Under the pieces are notes generated by a model. That model did not search any database. It was given only the letters and a program-made list of their open reading frames with translations, and was not told the DNA's origin. A program made the translations under genes and the position numbers. A stretch of DNA of 62,613 nucleotides, the filler included. It is 5 parts of 5 records of this genome, joined end to end, with 100 filler letters (N's around TTAATTAATTAA, not from the genome) between each part and the next. Parts side by side here need not be neighbours in the genome. Positions count along the whole stretch, not along the records: positions 22,507 to 40,029 come from SRR31156797_5829; positions 40,130 to 51,259 come from SRR31156797_5830; 3 more parts are not named here. The stretch is one strand, 5' to 3'. Of this stretch, positions 40,026 through 50,058 are shown piece after piece (within the stretch, counting starts at the first letter, position 1; the number at the start of each line of letters is the position of its first letter).

Positions 40026-40029
40026 CATA

Positions 40030-40129
40030 NNNNNNNNNNNNNNNNNNNNNNNNNNNNNNNNNNNNNNNNNNNNTTAATTAATTAANNNNNNNNNNNNNNN
40101 NNNNNNNNNNNNNNNNNNNNNNNNNNNNN
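40030..40129. other. Artificial contig spacer
   Basis: N44-TTAATTAATTAA-N44. Confidence 0.99.
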
Positions 40130-41578
40130 GGTTACCACATGCAGGAAGCAGGTGCAACTGCAGATATCGAGTTAGCTTACACACTTGCTGATGGTCTTGA
40201 GTACTTGAAGAAAGGTGTTGCTGCAGGTATGGACGTTGATGCTTTTGCTCCTCGTTTGTCTTTCTTCTGGGCGATTGGAATGAATCACTTCATGGAGATT
40301 GCTAAGATGCGTGCTGGTCGTTTACTATGGTCTAAGATTGTAAAACAATTCAATCCTAAGAATCCTAAGTCAATGGCATTGCGTACTCACTCTCAGACTT
40401 CAGGTTGGTCATTAACTGAGCAAGATCCTTTCAACAACGTTGGACGTACCTGTATCGAAGCTATGGCTGCTGCATTGGGTCACACTCAATCATTGCATAC
40501 AAATGCATTGGATGAGGCGATTGCATTGCCAACTGACTTCTCTGCACGTATTGCACGTAATACTCAGATCTATATTCAAGATGAGACTACAATCTGTAAG
40601 GCTGTAGATCCTTGGGCTGGTTCATACTACGTTGAGTCATTGACTCAGGAGTTGGTAGATAAAGCTTGGGCTCATATCGAAGAGGTTGAGAAATTAGGTG
40701 GTATGGCTAAGGCGATTGAGTCTGGTATTCCAAAACTTCGTATCGAAGAGGCTGCTGCTCGTACTCAGGCTAAGATTGACGCTAATACACAAACAATTGT
40801 TGGTACTAACAAATATCGTTTGGAGAAAGAAGATCCATTGGATATCTTAGAAGTAGACAACACTGCTGTACGTACTGCTCAGATCGAAAGATTGAACAAA
40901 CTACGTGCTAACCGTGACGAAAAAGCTGTTCAAGCTGCTCTTGAAGCCATCACTGCTTGTGCAAACGGAGGTGAAGGTAACTTATTGGATCTTGCTGTTA
41001 AGGCTGCACAACTTCGTGCTTCTCTAGGTGAGATTTCAGATGCATGTGAGAAAATTTGTGGTAGATATAAAGCTGTAATTAGAACCGTGTCAGGAGTATA
41101 TTCATCAGAATCAGCACAAGATGCTGACTTCGCTAACGCGAAAGCAAAAGCAGATAAATTTGCAGAATTGTCAGGACGTCGTCCTCGTATCATGGTTGCA
41201 AAAATGGGTCAAGACGGTCACGACCGTGGTGGTAAAGTTGTTGCTACTGGTTTTGCTGATATCGGATTTGATGTGGATATGGGACCATTATTCCAAACTC
41301 CGGAAGAGTCTGCTAAGCAAGCTGTAGAGAATGATGTACACATCGTTGGTGTTTCTTCATTGGCTGCTGGTCACAAAACTTTGGTTCCTGCAATTATCGA
41401 GGAATTGAAGAAATTAGGACGTGAAGATATCATGGTTACTGCAGGTGGTGTTATTCCAGCTCAGGATTACGATTTCTTATACGAAGCCGGTGTTGTTGGT
41501 GTATTTGGTCCTGGTACCAAAGTATCAAAATGTGCAATGCAAATGCTTGATATCCTAATTGAGCAGTATCAAGACTAA
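40130..41578 (+). CDS. scpA: Methylmalonyl-CoA mutase (5'-truncated at contig edge)
   Basis: [28 protein letters not shown]12-binding GQDGHDRG. Confidence 0.96.
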   Translation, partial: GYHMQEAGATADIELAYTLADGLEYLKKGVAAGMDVDAFAPRLSFFWAIGMNHFMEIAKMRAGRLLWSKIVKQFNPKNPKSMALRTHSQTSGWSLTEQDPFNNVGRTCIEAMAAALGHTQSLHTNALDEAIALPTDFSARIARNTQIYIQDETTICKAVDPWAGSYYVESLTQELVDKAWAHIEEVEKLGGMAKAIESGIPKLRIEEAAARTQAKIDANTQTIVGTNKYRLEKEDPLDILEVDNTAVRTAQIERLNKLRANRDEKAVQAALEAITACANGGEGNLLDLAVKAAQLRASLGEISDACEKICGRYKAVIRTVSGVYSSESAQDADFANAKAKADKFAELSGRRPRIMVAKMGQDGHDRGGKVVATGFADIGFDVDMGPLFQTPEESAKQAVENDVHIVGVSSLAAGHKTLVPAIIEELKKLGREDIMVTAGGVIPAQDYDFLYEAGVVGVFGPGTKVSKCAMQMLDILIEQYQD

Positions 41579-41600
41579 TATTGATATTATCACTATATTT

Positions 41601-41632
41601 AAAGACAGGGAGTTTACTTCCTGTCTTTTTTT
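41601..41632 (+). terminator. Rho-independent terminator
   Basis: AAAGACAGGGAG-TTTA-CTTCCTGTCTTT followed by T tract. Confidence 0.8.
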
Positions 41633-41651
41633 ATGCACTAAATTTAAGATC

Positions 41652-42155
41652 ATGATCAGATTTCTATTTCTCACATTACTAATTTCTATCGGTATTTCCG
41701 GATTATCACAAAACAAGAGCAGATTCGATCAAAAAATCAATAGAAATGTTTTATTTGGACAGGTTACTTTGGAAGCTTTTGAAGGAGATATTTGCAAAGA
41801 TTGGTACGGACCTGAATACAAATCTTATCATCCTAAAAAAAGTACTATTAATAAATTGAGGAAAAAATCTTTTGACGATGTAAGTATTACTCTAATTCTA
41901 GGTTCATGGTGTCACGATTCTCATCGAGAAGTTCCTCGCTTTATAAAAATACTAGATGAGATTCGTTTTCCTTTTCAAAAACTAAGGATGAATGCTCTCG
42001 ACACAAAGAAACAATCTCCGGATTACGATGCCAAATCCAATAATGTTAGTAGAGTTCCAACAGCCATTATTTATCGCAATGGTATAGAAATTGGCCGAAT
42101 TGTAGAAACGCCAAAAAAAAGTTTGGAGAAAGATCTTTTAAAAATCTTAAACTAA
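41652..42155 (+). CDS. Exported thioredoxin-family protein (CxDS)
   Basis: Signal peptide, GSWCHDS.REVP, RVPT, EIGRIVE.P; start moved to ATG 41652. Confidence 0.85.
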   Translation: MIRFLFLTLLISIGISGLSQNKSRFDQKINRNVLFGQVTLEAFEGDICKDWYGPEYKSYHPKKSTINKLRKKSFDDVSITLILGSWCHDSHREVPRFIKILDEIRFPFQKLRMNALDTKKQSPDYDAKSNNVSRVPTAIIYRNGIEIGRIVETPKKSLEKDLLKILN

Positions 42156-42192
42156 AATTATTAACTTTAAGCATTGATCAATAAATTTAAAC

Positions 42193-42663
42193 ATGGAACA
42201 AGTACGCTCAAATGCAGGACAAACATTAGGAATCATTGGATTAATTCTTGGTATTCTTACACTTTTTATTGGCTTTATACCTTGTATTGGCTTTATAGCA
42301 TTCGTTCCTGGTATAATTGCAATTATCCTAGCTATTATAGGGTTAAGCCAGGCAAATAAAGATAATGGCGCCCGAGGTCTTAACATTGGTGCTCTTATTG
42401 TTTCTGTTGTTGGATTACTCGTTGCTTCGGTTTGGTTATTTTTCCTTGCTGGTTTGGCCACAATCGATGATGAAGATATTGAGGGATTTGTTGAAGATGT
42501 AATTGAAGAAGTGATTGAGGAATCTGTTCACAATCCAGATTTGCAAGATGCATTGGAAGATCTTGAAGATCAATTGGAAGAAATGCATGTTGATTCGATT
42601 CATATAAAAACAGACAGTATTGAAATGAAAATAAAGGTTGAAGTTGAAACAAAAACTGAATAA
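42193..42663 (+). CDS. DUF4190-like membrane protein with acidic tail
   Basis: LGIIGLILGI...IP.IG...AIILAIIG hydrophobic pattern; Asp/Glu-rich C-terminus. Confidence 0.6.
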   Translation: MEQVRSNAGQTLGIIGLILGILTLFIGFIPCIGFIAFVPGIIAIILAIIGLSQANKDNGARGLNIGALIVSVVGLLVASVWLFFLAGLATIDDEDIEGFVEDVIEEVIEESVHNPDLQDALEDLEDQLEEMHVDSIHIKTDSIEMKIKVEVETKTE

Positions 42664-43087
42664 AACTCTTCTGTTTTCAAATTACAGAATTATAAATCTG
42701 ATTTTGGCAAGCATTCTGTTTGCCATTTTCATTTATTCTGGTATATATTCTCCATGCAAAGTAAATCATCCCATTCCATCTTATTTTACACAATTAACAG
42801 GTGAAATTAGCCCATCTACAGGATTATCAAGAAGCTTTTCTTCCCTAATGCGTTGTGATGTTAAATCCGCGTTAAACTTCAATCCTTTTGGTTTACAGAT
42901 ATTTGTTTTTCTACTAATACAGTTACTTTTTAGAATTGGTAACTTTTTCCTGATAAAAGAAAGATTTACTTTGATTAAAGCCTATATTTTATCCGATATA
43001 ATTTTGTCGATAATAGGTTTTTTGTTGGTTTTCAGCCCCTTGATAAAATTTACATTTGAACTTTTCAAAAAATTTATCGTAAATTGA
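42638..43087 (+). CDS. DUF2752-like membrane protein
   Basis: LTG..SPSTGLSRSF...AL.FNP resembles DUF2752 CP.CG.TR, with the cysteines replaced; 3 TM helices. Confidence 0.55.
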   Translation: MKLKQKLNKTLLFSNYRIINLILASILFAIFIYSGIYSPCKVNHPIPSYFTQLTGEISPSTGLSRSFSSLMRCDVKSALNFNPFGLQIFVFLLIQLLFRIGNFFLIKERFTLIKAYILSDIILSIIGFLLVFSPLIKFTFELFKKFIVN

Positions 43088-43123
43088 TTGTAGATTAATA
43101 TTTGTTAAACAAAAATTTACGAT

Positions 43124-43462
43124 ATGTCAGTTGTACTTGTAATTTTATGCCTAACACTGCTAACAAGTCTAATGGCAATGCATATTTATAATGAAAATAG
43201 TCTTTCTAAAAGAATAGCAAAGGCAGGGGTTATTGTGCAGCAGTTATTAGATCAAAATGGAATAAATCATATTGATTTTGACAAAAAATTTGAAACCTCA
43301 ACTCTCACAACTCAAATAAGAGTTATTGAATATTACCTGAATTATCTTGATTCGAACTATAAAGATTTTGGCACAAAAAAATCGGTTTTCCAACGCATCG
43401 CAAATATCGAAAGTGTACTAACCGATTCTTATGAGTTAAATCAAGAATTAAGTCTTACTTAA
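43124..43462 (+). CDS. Hypothetical protein with N-terminal membrane anchor
   Basis: 112-aa ORF, hydrophobic N-terminus, A-rich leader. Confidence 0.6.
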   Translation: MSVVLVILCLTLLTSLMAMHIYNENSLSKRIAKAGVIVQQLLDQNGINHIDFDKKFETSTLTTQIRVIEYYLNYLDSNYKDFGTKKSVFQRIANIESVLTDSYELNQELSLT

Positions 43463-44297
43463 GTTCTGATAGCGGAAAAAATTTATTTGCCTTAACTCCT
43501 CGCTCAGTTTGAATAAGACTACAACATTCAGTTGTAATGTCATGCTGTAGAAACAAAACACAATTTTCACGGACAGCTTCCTTCAGGAAGTTGTCTTTTT
43601 CGTTTAATGAAGCTGTTGGATTTAAATCGTAACTCGCCAACCATTTAACCGGTACATTGGCGGCGGTTGGAATAAAATCTCCTGCAAATACCACTTTAGT
43701 TCCATTGTAATTGATAATTGGAATCATCAATCCAGGAGTATGTCCTTCAAAAATTCGCACTTCAACATTTGGGAATAATTCTCCTTCTTTCTCAACAAAA
43801 TGTAGCTTACCCGATTCCTTCACCGGCATAATATTTTCATCGAAAAAGGCATCTTTTTCACGAATATTAGGATTCAAATAGTTTTCCCATTGTTGTTTGC
43901 TTACCCAATGCTCAGCATTTTTAAACACCAATTCATATCCACTTCTATCATTATTCCATTTTACAGCTCCACCGCAATGGTCAAAATGTAAATGAGTAAA
44001 AACAACATCCGTAATATCATCAGCAGAATAACCCACATTTTTTAATGAGTCAAGCAAGCGTGCCTCTCCATTTAAATGTTGGTGTTTAAAAAACTCTTCA
44101 CTTTGCTTATCTCCTGTTCCGTTATCAATTAATATTTTTCTATCTCCATCAACCACCAACATACTTCTCATAGCACAATTACAGTAGTTATCTTCGTTAC
44201 TCGGGTATTTTCTACTCCACATTACTTTTGGAACAACACTAAACATTGCTCCTCCATCACACATAAAATTTCCGGTTTCTATATTGAATATTTCCAT
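43455..44297 (-). CDS. MBL-fold metallo-hydrolase (YtnP-like)
   Basis: DGGAMF..VPK..W, THLHFDHCGG, GHTPG, AGD. Confidence 0.9.
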   Translation of the reverse strand: MEIFNIETGNFMCDGGAMFSVVPKVMWSRKYPSNEDNYCNCAMRSMLVVDGDRKILIDNGTGDKQSEEFFKHQHLNGEARLLDSLKNVGYSADDITDVVFTHLHFDHCGGAVKWNNDRSGYELVFKNAEHWVSKQQWENYLNPNIREKDAFFDENIMPVKESGKLHFVEKEGELFPNVEVRIFEGHTPGLMIPIINYNGTKVVFAGDFIPTAANVPVKWLASYDLNPTASLNEKDNFLKEAVRENCVLFLQHDITTECCSLIQTERGVKANKFFPLSELK

Positions 44298-44404
44298 GAT
44301 AATTTTGTTTTATTCTAGTATCTTTAAACTTCGCAAACACCTAAAATCAGAAGTCTTGCGTATTTATACAAAGATCAAAAATACAACTTTATAAACGATT
44401 ATCA

Positions 44405-45766
44405 ATGAAGGTTCATTTTATCGCAATTGGCGGAAGTGCCATGCACAATTTAGCTATCGCATTACACAAAAAAGGGTTCGAAATTACAGGTTCGGATGAT
44501 GAAATCTTTGATCCTTCAAAATCGAGATTAAATAAATATGGAATCTTACCAAAAGAATGGGGGTGGTTTCCAGAGAAAATAAATACCAATTTAGATGCAG
44601 TTATTCTGGGAATGCATGCACGAATTGATAATCCTGAATTGCTAAAAGCTCAGGAATTAGGCGTTAAAATCTATTCCTATCCAGAATATATTTATGAGCA
44701 AACCAAAGACAAAACCAGAATTGTAATTGGTGGAAGTCATGGAAAAACCACTACCACATCGATGGTAATGCACGTTTTTAAAGAGAACAATATTGATTTC
44801 GATTATATGGTTGGAGCCCAAATTGAGGGTTTTGAAACCATGGTAAAACTAAGCAAAGAAGCTAAAATTGCAATTTTCGAAGGAGATGAATATTTATCTT
44901 CTCCTATAGATCGTCGACCAAAATTTCACCTTTATCATCCAAACATTGCATTACTTACGGGAATTGCATGGGATCATATCAATGTATTTCCAACATTTGA
45001 AGGTTATGTAGAGCAATTTGAAATTTTCACCAATAAAATTCAACCCAATGGCAGCCTAATTTATTTTGATGGCGATGAACACATCAATAAAATTGTTGAG
45101 AACAAAAGGTCTGATGTTGAATATTTGCCATACAATACACCAAAATTTGAGGTGGTGAACAACAAAACCATTTTAAAAACAGATTCAGAAGATGTAGAGT
45201 TGGAGATTTTTGGAGAGCACAACCTTCAAAATTTGATGGGTGCTTATTACATTTGCAAGCAAGCCGGATTAAGCGATGAGCAATTCTACTCAACAATCAA
45301 GAGCTTTTCTGGTGCCGCAAAGCGTTTACAAAAATTATCCGAAAATGAATCTTGCACCGTTTTCCAGGATTTTGCTCACTCGCCTTCAAAATTAAAAGCT
45401 ACCACCGAAGCTGTCAAGAAACAATTCAATTCCAGAAAATTAATAGCCTGTATGGAGTTGCATACATTCAGTAGTTTAAAAAAAGAATTTTTACCTCAAT
45501 ATAAAAATTCAATGATAATGGCTGATGAAGCAATCGTCTATTTTAATCCAAAAACCATAGAGCACAAAAAGCTGGAACAAATAAGTGAAAAGCAAGTTGC
45601 CGATGCTTTTGGAGGTGATAACATTACTGTTTACACAGATTCAGATAAGGTGATTACAGATCTATTATCAAACGATTTTAACAATACCAACGTTCTATTA
45701 ATGAGTTCGGGAAATTTTTCAGGTGTAAACCTTAACGAACTGGCTGAAAACATTATCAAAAAATAG
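44405..45766 (+). CDS. mpl: Mur ligase, Mpl/MurC family (murein peptide ligase)
   Basis: HFIAIGG.AM, GSHGKTTT, EGDEY, DH, DFAHSP.K, MSSGNF. Confidence 0.85.
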   Translation: MKVHFIAIGGSAMHNLAIALHKKGFEITGSDDEIFDPSKSRLNKYGILPKEWGWFPEKINTNLDAVILGMHARIDNPELLKAQELGVKIYSYPEYIYEQTKDKTRIVIGGSHGKTTTTSMVMHVFKENNIDFDYMVGAQIEGFETMVKLSKEAKIAIFEGDEYLSSPIDRRPKFHLYHPNIALLTGIAWDHINVFPTFEGYVEQFEIFTNKIQPNGSLIYFDGDEHINKIVENKRSDVEYLPYNTPKFEVVNNKTILKTDSEDVELEIFGEHNLQNLMGAYYICKQAGLSDEQFYSTIKSFSGAAKRLQKLSENESCTVFQDFAHSPSKLKATTEAVKKQFNSRKLIACMELHTFSSLKKEFLPQYKNSMIMADEAIVYFNPKTIEHKKLEQISEKQVADAFGGDNITVYTDSDKVITDLLSNDFNNTNVLLMSSGNFSGVNLNELAENIIKK

Positions 45767-45849
45767 TGTTTTTCGCCTTAAAGGTTCTGGCAGTAATGTT
45801 TTGATCGGTAGTAAAATAATGCTATTTTTAGAATTAAACTAATTCTAAA

Positions 45850-48168
45850 ATGGACTACCCCTTTTCTCGTTACTCCAGAATTTTTTCTTTGATTCTACTT
45901 CTTGTTTTCATACCTGGTATGAATGCAATTTCTCAGGATCAGATTCAGAAGGCTGAAGAGTTGCTTCCCAAAACACAAGGCGACGAAAGAATTGCGTTGT
46001 TGGAGGAACTCTCAAAATTATATCAGGATGTAAACCTCACTAAAAGTATAGATTACTCTAAGGAAATTGTTGTTTTATTAGCAGACAAACCAACTGAGAA
46101 ATCAGACGCACTATACGAATTAGGTAATCTGTACCGAAAAATCAACAATTTAAGAAGAGCTTTGGACTGTCATGAACAAGCTCTCGAAATTAGAAAAACA
46201 ACTACCGAATATTCATCTATTTCGGCATCATACAATAATATTGGTGAGATTTATAAAATACTACTGAAGTATGAAGAAGCTTTAGATTATTTTAATAAAT
46301 CTCTTGACATTAGAGCAAAAGAAGGAACTGAGAAAGAGGTCGCGTACACCTTAAATAATATTGGCAGTGTCTATTGGCTAAATAAGGATTATGCCAACGC
46401 TCTCGAATATTATCTAAAATCGCTGGAAATAAGATCAAAACTAGGTGATAAATCAGACATCGCTGCTTCCTTAAATAATTTGGGAAATGTTTACAAGAAC
46501 CTCAACAAATACAATAAAGCACTCGATTATTACAAGAAAGCATTAATTTTAAGAGAAGAATCAGGCAATGAATCTCTAATAGCATACACTTTAAATGATA
46601 TTGGAGGAATTTACTGGAGATTAAATAATTATAACGAATCCTTAAATTACTACAATAAATCCCTTGATCTTAGAAGAAAATTGGGAAATAAACGATTTAC
46701 TGCGGCTACACTTAAAAACATCGGTACCGTATATAAAGATTTAAACGAACTCGATTTTTCTCTAAAGCATTATAACGAATCTTTAAAAATATATGATGAA
46801 ATTGGTGATCTTAAAGAACAAGCCAATGTATTTTCATTGATTGGTAATTTATATCGAAGCTTTAATAATTTCGATAAAAGTCAGGAATATCATAAAATTG
46901 CTTTAAATCTTCATGAAAAAATAGGGAATGTAAAAGGTATAGCCTATTCTTCAAATAGCATTGGTGAAATTCTAATGAACTTTTATAAGAGTGACGAAGC
47001 TTTGCAATTTTTAAACACAGCTTTCACCAATGCGAATCTATCATACGACAGGAATCTTCAGAAAAAAACATCAGAAAATCTATTTGAATATTATTCCAAT
47101 AAAGGTGATTATCAAAAAGCACTAAAATATTATAGAAACTATTCCAACACGCAATACGATAGCATTGTTGATCAGTTAGATAAAGGGAAAATATCGGAAT
47201 TTGAAGCCAATTATGAAATTTCGAAAAATAAAGATGAGATCAAAAGTTTGAAAGAATACAATAGAATGCAAACCATTCTGATATATCTTTTTATTACACT
47301 GATTATTTCTGCAGGTATTATTGGATATTTCGTTAAAAAGAACATTAAAATTAGAAAAGAGGCAACAACTGCGCTAAGTGAAAAAAATAATGAACTGGAA
47401 GATATCAATTCACGATTAAAAGAATCGGAGTTGATACTAAGAGATTTGAATCTTACTAAGGATAAAATTTTCAATATCATATCAAGCGACCTAAGAGAAC
47501 CTTTTATCGATTTAAAAAACATCAGTTCAAATTTAATTGACAGTTTAGAAGAGAACGATATTGAAGTTCAAAAAACTCTGGCGAGAGAAATTAGAGATGT
47601 CTCAACACATACCAATAATCTTGTTGAAAATATTTTACTATGGTCGGCTTCGCAGGCTGGAAAAACAAACTTTGTTCCTCGATATTTTAATGTCAAGGAA
47701 TATTTAAACAACACATTGCAAAAATTATCAGGTCCTATAATTGAAAAGAACATTAAGGTGATTTTTAATATGGATAATACCTCAATGGTTTATGCCGATC
47801 CTGCAGCAATCACTGAAGTCTTTAAAAATTTAATTTCAAATGCTGTTAAATTTTCCTTCCCGGAAGGCAAGATTACACTATCGGCTAGAGAGAAAAAGTA
47901 TTTAATTGAATTGGAAATTTCGGATGAAGGTGTAGGCATGAGCAAACGAAATTTGAATAAAATATTCCGTTTGGATAGCAATTATCTAGCTCTGGGAACT
48001 GCTCAGGAGAAAGGTGCCGGAATTGGATTATTACTTTGCAAAGAGTACGTAGAAAAAAATGGAGGTAAAATTTGGGCTGAAAGTGAAGAAGGAAAAGGAA
48101 GTAGCTTCTACATAACCATTCCAAAATCAGAAAAACTAATGGAATCAGTTCCAAAATCAAACGCATAA
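45850..48168 (+). CDS. TPR-containing membrane histidine-kinase-like protein lacking the phospho-acceptor His
   Basis: TPR array (YNNIG.IY...AL.YY.KSL), TM helix, H box FNIISSDLREPF, intact NLISNAVKF, DEGVG, GAGIGL. Confidence 0.88.
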   Translation: MDYPFSRYSRIFSLILLLVFIPGMNAISQDQIQKAEELLPKTQGDERIALLEELSKLYQDVNLTKSIDYSKEIVVLLADKPTEKSDALYELGNLYRKINNLRRALDCHEQALEIRKTTTEYSSISASYNNIGEIYKILLKYEEALDYFNKSLDIRAKEGTEKEVAYTLNNIGSVYWLNKDYANALEYYLKSLEIRSKLGDKSDIAASLNNLGNVYKNLNKYNKALDYYKKALILREESGNESLIAYTLNDIGGIYWRLNNYNESLNYYNKSLDLRRKLGNKRFTAATLKNIGTVYKDLNELDFSLKHYNESLKIYDEIGDLKEQANVFSLIGNLYRSFNNFDKSQEYHKIALNLHEKIGNVKGIAYSSNSIGEILMNFYKSDEALQFLNTAFTNANLSYDRNLQKKTSENLFEYYSNKGDYQKALKYYRNYSNTQYDSIVDQLDKGKISEFEANYEISKNKDEIKSLKEYNRMQTILIYLFITLIISAGIIGYFVKKNIKIRKEATTALSEKNNELEDINSRLKESELILRDLNLTKDKIFNIISSDLREPFIDLKNISSNLIDSLEENDIEVQKTLAREIRDVSTHTNNLVENILLWSASQAGKTNFVPRYFNVKEYLNNTLQKLSGPIIEKNIKVIFNMDNTSMVYADPAAITEVFKNLISNAVKFSFPEGKITLSAREKKYLIELEISDEGVGMSKRNLNKIFRLDSNYLALGTAQEKGAGIGLLLCKEYVEKNGGKIWAESEEGKGSSFYITIPKSEKLMESVPKSNA

Positions 48169-48195
48169 AAAAAGGCATCCAATTGGATGCCTTTT
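48167..48195. terminator. Bidirectional terminator between convergent genes
   Basis: AAAAAAAGGCATCC-AATT-GGATGCCTTTT. Confidence 0.85.
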
Positions 48196-48220
48196 ATATA
48201 TATCTAAAATAGTTTATTTA

Positions 48221-49528
48221 CTATTTCTTTACAAAGTGATAATGACTTCCGAATCTTTCGAAAGCAGCTCTATCCAACTCTTCTCTAAAATCTGGGTGAG
48301 CAACAGAAATAATTGCCTTAGCTCTTTGCTGAAGAGACTTACCAAACAAGTTTACTGCTCCGTGCTCAGTTACAAACCATCTCATGTTGTTACGAGTAGT
48401 TACAACACCCGAACCAGTCAACAATGTTGGAGTAATTTTCGACACACCTTTTCCAGTTACCGATGGCATTGCAATAATAGGTACACCGCCTTCAGAAGCA
48501 GCAGCTCCACGAGTAAAGTCAATTTGACCACCTACTCCAGAATAATGCTTAGTTCCGATAGAATCCGCACAAACCTGACCTGTAATATCAATTGACAATG
48601 CAGAGTTGATAGCACATACTTTTGGATTTTGCTTAATAATACCAACACCATTCGTGTATGATACATCCATCATTAAAACTCCTGGGTTATCATCAACGAA
48701 ATCGTAAAGCTCTTTTGTTCCCATTAAGAAACCAGCAACAATTTTACCTGGATCTAATTTCTTGTTTCTACCGTTTACAACACCGCTCTCAACCAAAGGA
48801 AGAAGTCCGTCAGCAAACATTTCTGTGTGTACTCCAAGATCTTTGTGATTTCCTAACTGTGCCAATACAGCATTTGGAATACCACCAATACCCATTTGAA
48901 GACAAGCTCCATCAGGAATTAAACCTGCAACATTTTTACCAATCTGAATATCTAAATCCGATAAAGGTGCATTATGGTGCTCGATTAGCGGAGAGTTATC
49001 TTCACAGAAAACATCGAACATATTTAATGGCATCATTGCATCTCCAAAAGCACGAGGTACATTAGGATTAATAATTGCAACAACCGTATCAGCTTCTTCA
49101 ACTGCAGCTTTACTTGCTTCAACAGAAGTACCTAAAGAAACATATCCATGCTTATCAGGAGTACTTACCTGTACAACCGCAACATTTACATTCAAAATCC
49201 CTTCGCGAATCAACTGCTGAGTTTCTCCCAAGAAAACAGGAATATAATCTGCGTATCCAGCTTGAGTTTGTTTTCTTACATTTGCTCCAACAAACAAAGA
49301 TTCAAGATTAAAAATTCCTTCAAATTCGGTATCAGCATAAGGTGCTGGACCTTCAGTGTGAATGTGCTGAATTGTTACATCGTAAATTTCGCCGTTACGA
49401 CCGCGATCGCACATTGCATTAATAAATTTATGAGGTGTCAATGCAACAGAGTGTAAATGTACTCTATCGCCAGACTTAATCACCTTCGCTGCTTCTTCAA
49501 AAGAAACTGTTTTAATCTCCTTACGCAT
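48221..49528 (-). CDS. Acetyl-CoA hydrolase/transferase family protein (4-hydroxybutyrate CoA-transferase-like)
   Basis: LQMGIGGIP, DLGVHTEM, INSAL.ID.TGQ, SGVGGQ.DF..GA, VTEHG, AHPDFRE. Confidence 0.92.
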   Translation of the reverse strand: MRKEIKTVSFEEAAKVIKSGDRVHLHSVALTPHKFINAMCDRGRNGEIYDVTIQHIHTEGPAPYADTEFEGIFNLESLFVGANVRKQTQAGYADYIPVFLGETQQLIREGILNVNVAVVQVSTPDKHGYVSLGTSVEASKAAVEEADTVVAIINPNVPRAFGDAMMPLNMFDVFCEDNSPLIEHHNAPLSDLDIQIGKNVAGLIPDGACLQMGIGGIPNAVLAQLGNHKDLGVHTEMFADGLLPLVESGVVNGRNKKLDPGKIVAGFLMGTKELYDFVDDNPGVLMMDVSYTNGVGIIKQNPKVCAINSALSIDITGQVCADSIGTKHYSGVGGQIDFTRGAAASEGGVPIIAMPSVTGKGVSKITPTLLTGSGVVTTRNNMRWFVTEHGAVNLFGKSLQQRAKAIISVAHPDFREELDRAAFERFGSHYHFVKK

Positions 49529-49789
49529 CTCTAATCGGTTTTTATATTGATGTTTATATTATTCTAAATCGCCGACTAAAGTAGTACATTTTTTAAGTGC
49601 AATTTCTGCTATTCAGCATGAGTGCTACAAAACATATCTTCATTATCAATTCATAATTAAGACTTTGCAAATTACTCCCAGAAATATTTTAAATTAATTT
49701 GAAAGATAAAAAGATACTAACTAATCAGTTTTTTAGCCGAATGGCAAAAGTAGATAAATAATGATGAAATGACTTAGGAAGAGTTATAA

Positions 49790-49953
49790 AATAAAGAAGC
49801 CGGGGACCCAAACCCCGGCTGCAAAACCCAAACATCTAATAAAACTTAAATAACAAAAACTATCAAACTATTATTTTTACTAACCCTAGTAAAAGGTAAT
49901 TTTTTAATTGCGTTGTAAGTATTTTCGTGAAAATCAACTTACTAATTGTTTTC
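49790..49953 (-). ncRNA. Candidate small RNA divergent from oxyR
   Basis: Minus-strand TTTG-N20-TATATTTG promoter, three stem-loops ending in an intrinsic terminator (AGCCGGGG/CCCCGGCT + U-rich tail), no credible ORF; ends approximate. Confidence 0.55.
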
Positions 49954-49958
49954 TATAT

Positions 49959-49990
49959 CAAATATACGAAGCATATTCGTATCAATCAAA
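49959..49990 (-). promoter_or_regulatory. Bacteroidota primary-sigma promoter (-33/-7) driving the candidate sRNA
   Basis: Plus-strand CAAATATA (49959-66) and CAAA (49987-90) give TTTG-N20-TATATTTG on the minus strand. Confidence 0.65.
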
Positions 49991-50058
49991 TCAATATTGT
50001 TTATAATATTATAGATATTTTTTATATTTGGCTTGAAATCAAACAAACGAAATATCTC

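Noticed and set aside
39870-40085. 71-aa ORF at the end of contig 2
   Set aside because: Translation of the REP-like repeats running into the N spacer
49927-50058. 44-aa N-terminal extension of OxyR
   Set aside because: The LysR HTH starts at ATG 50059 and the region holds promoter elements
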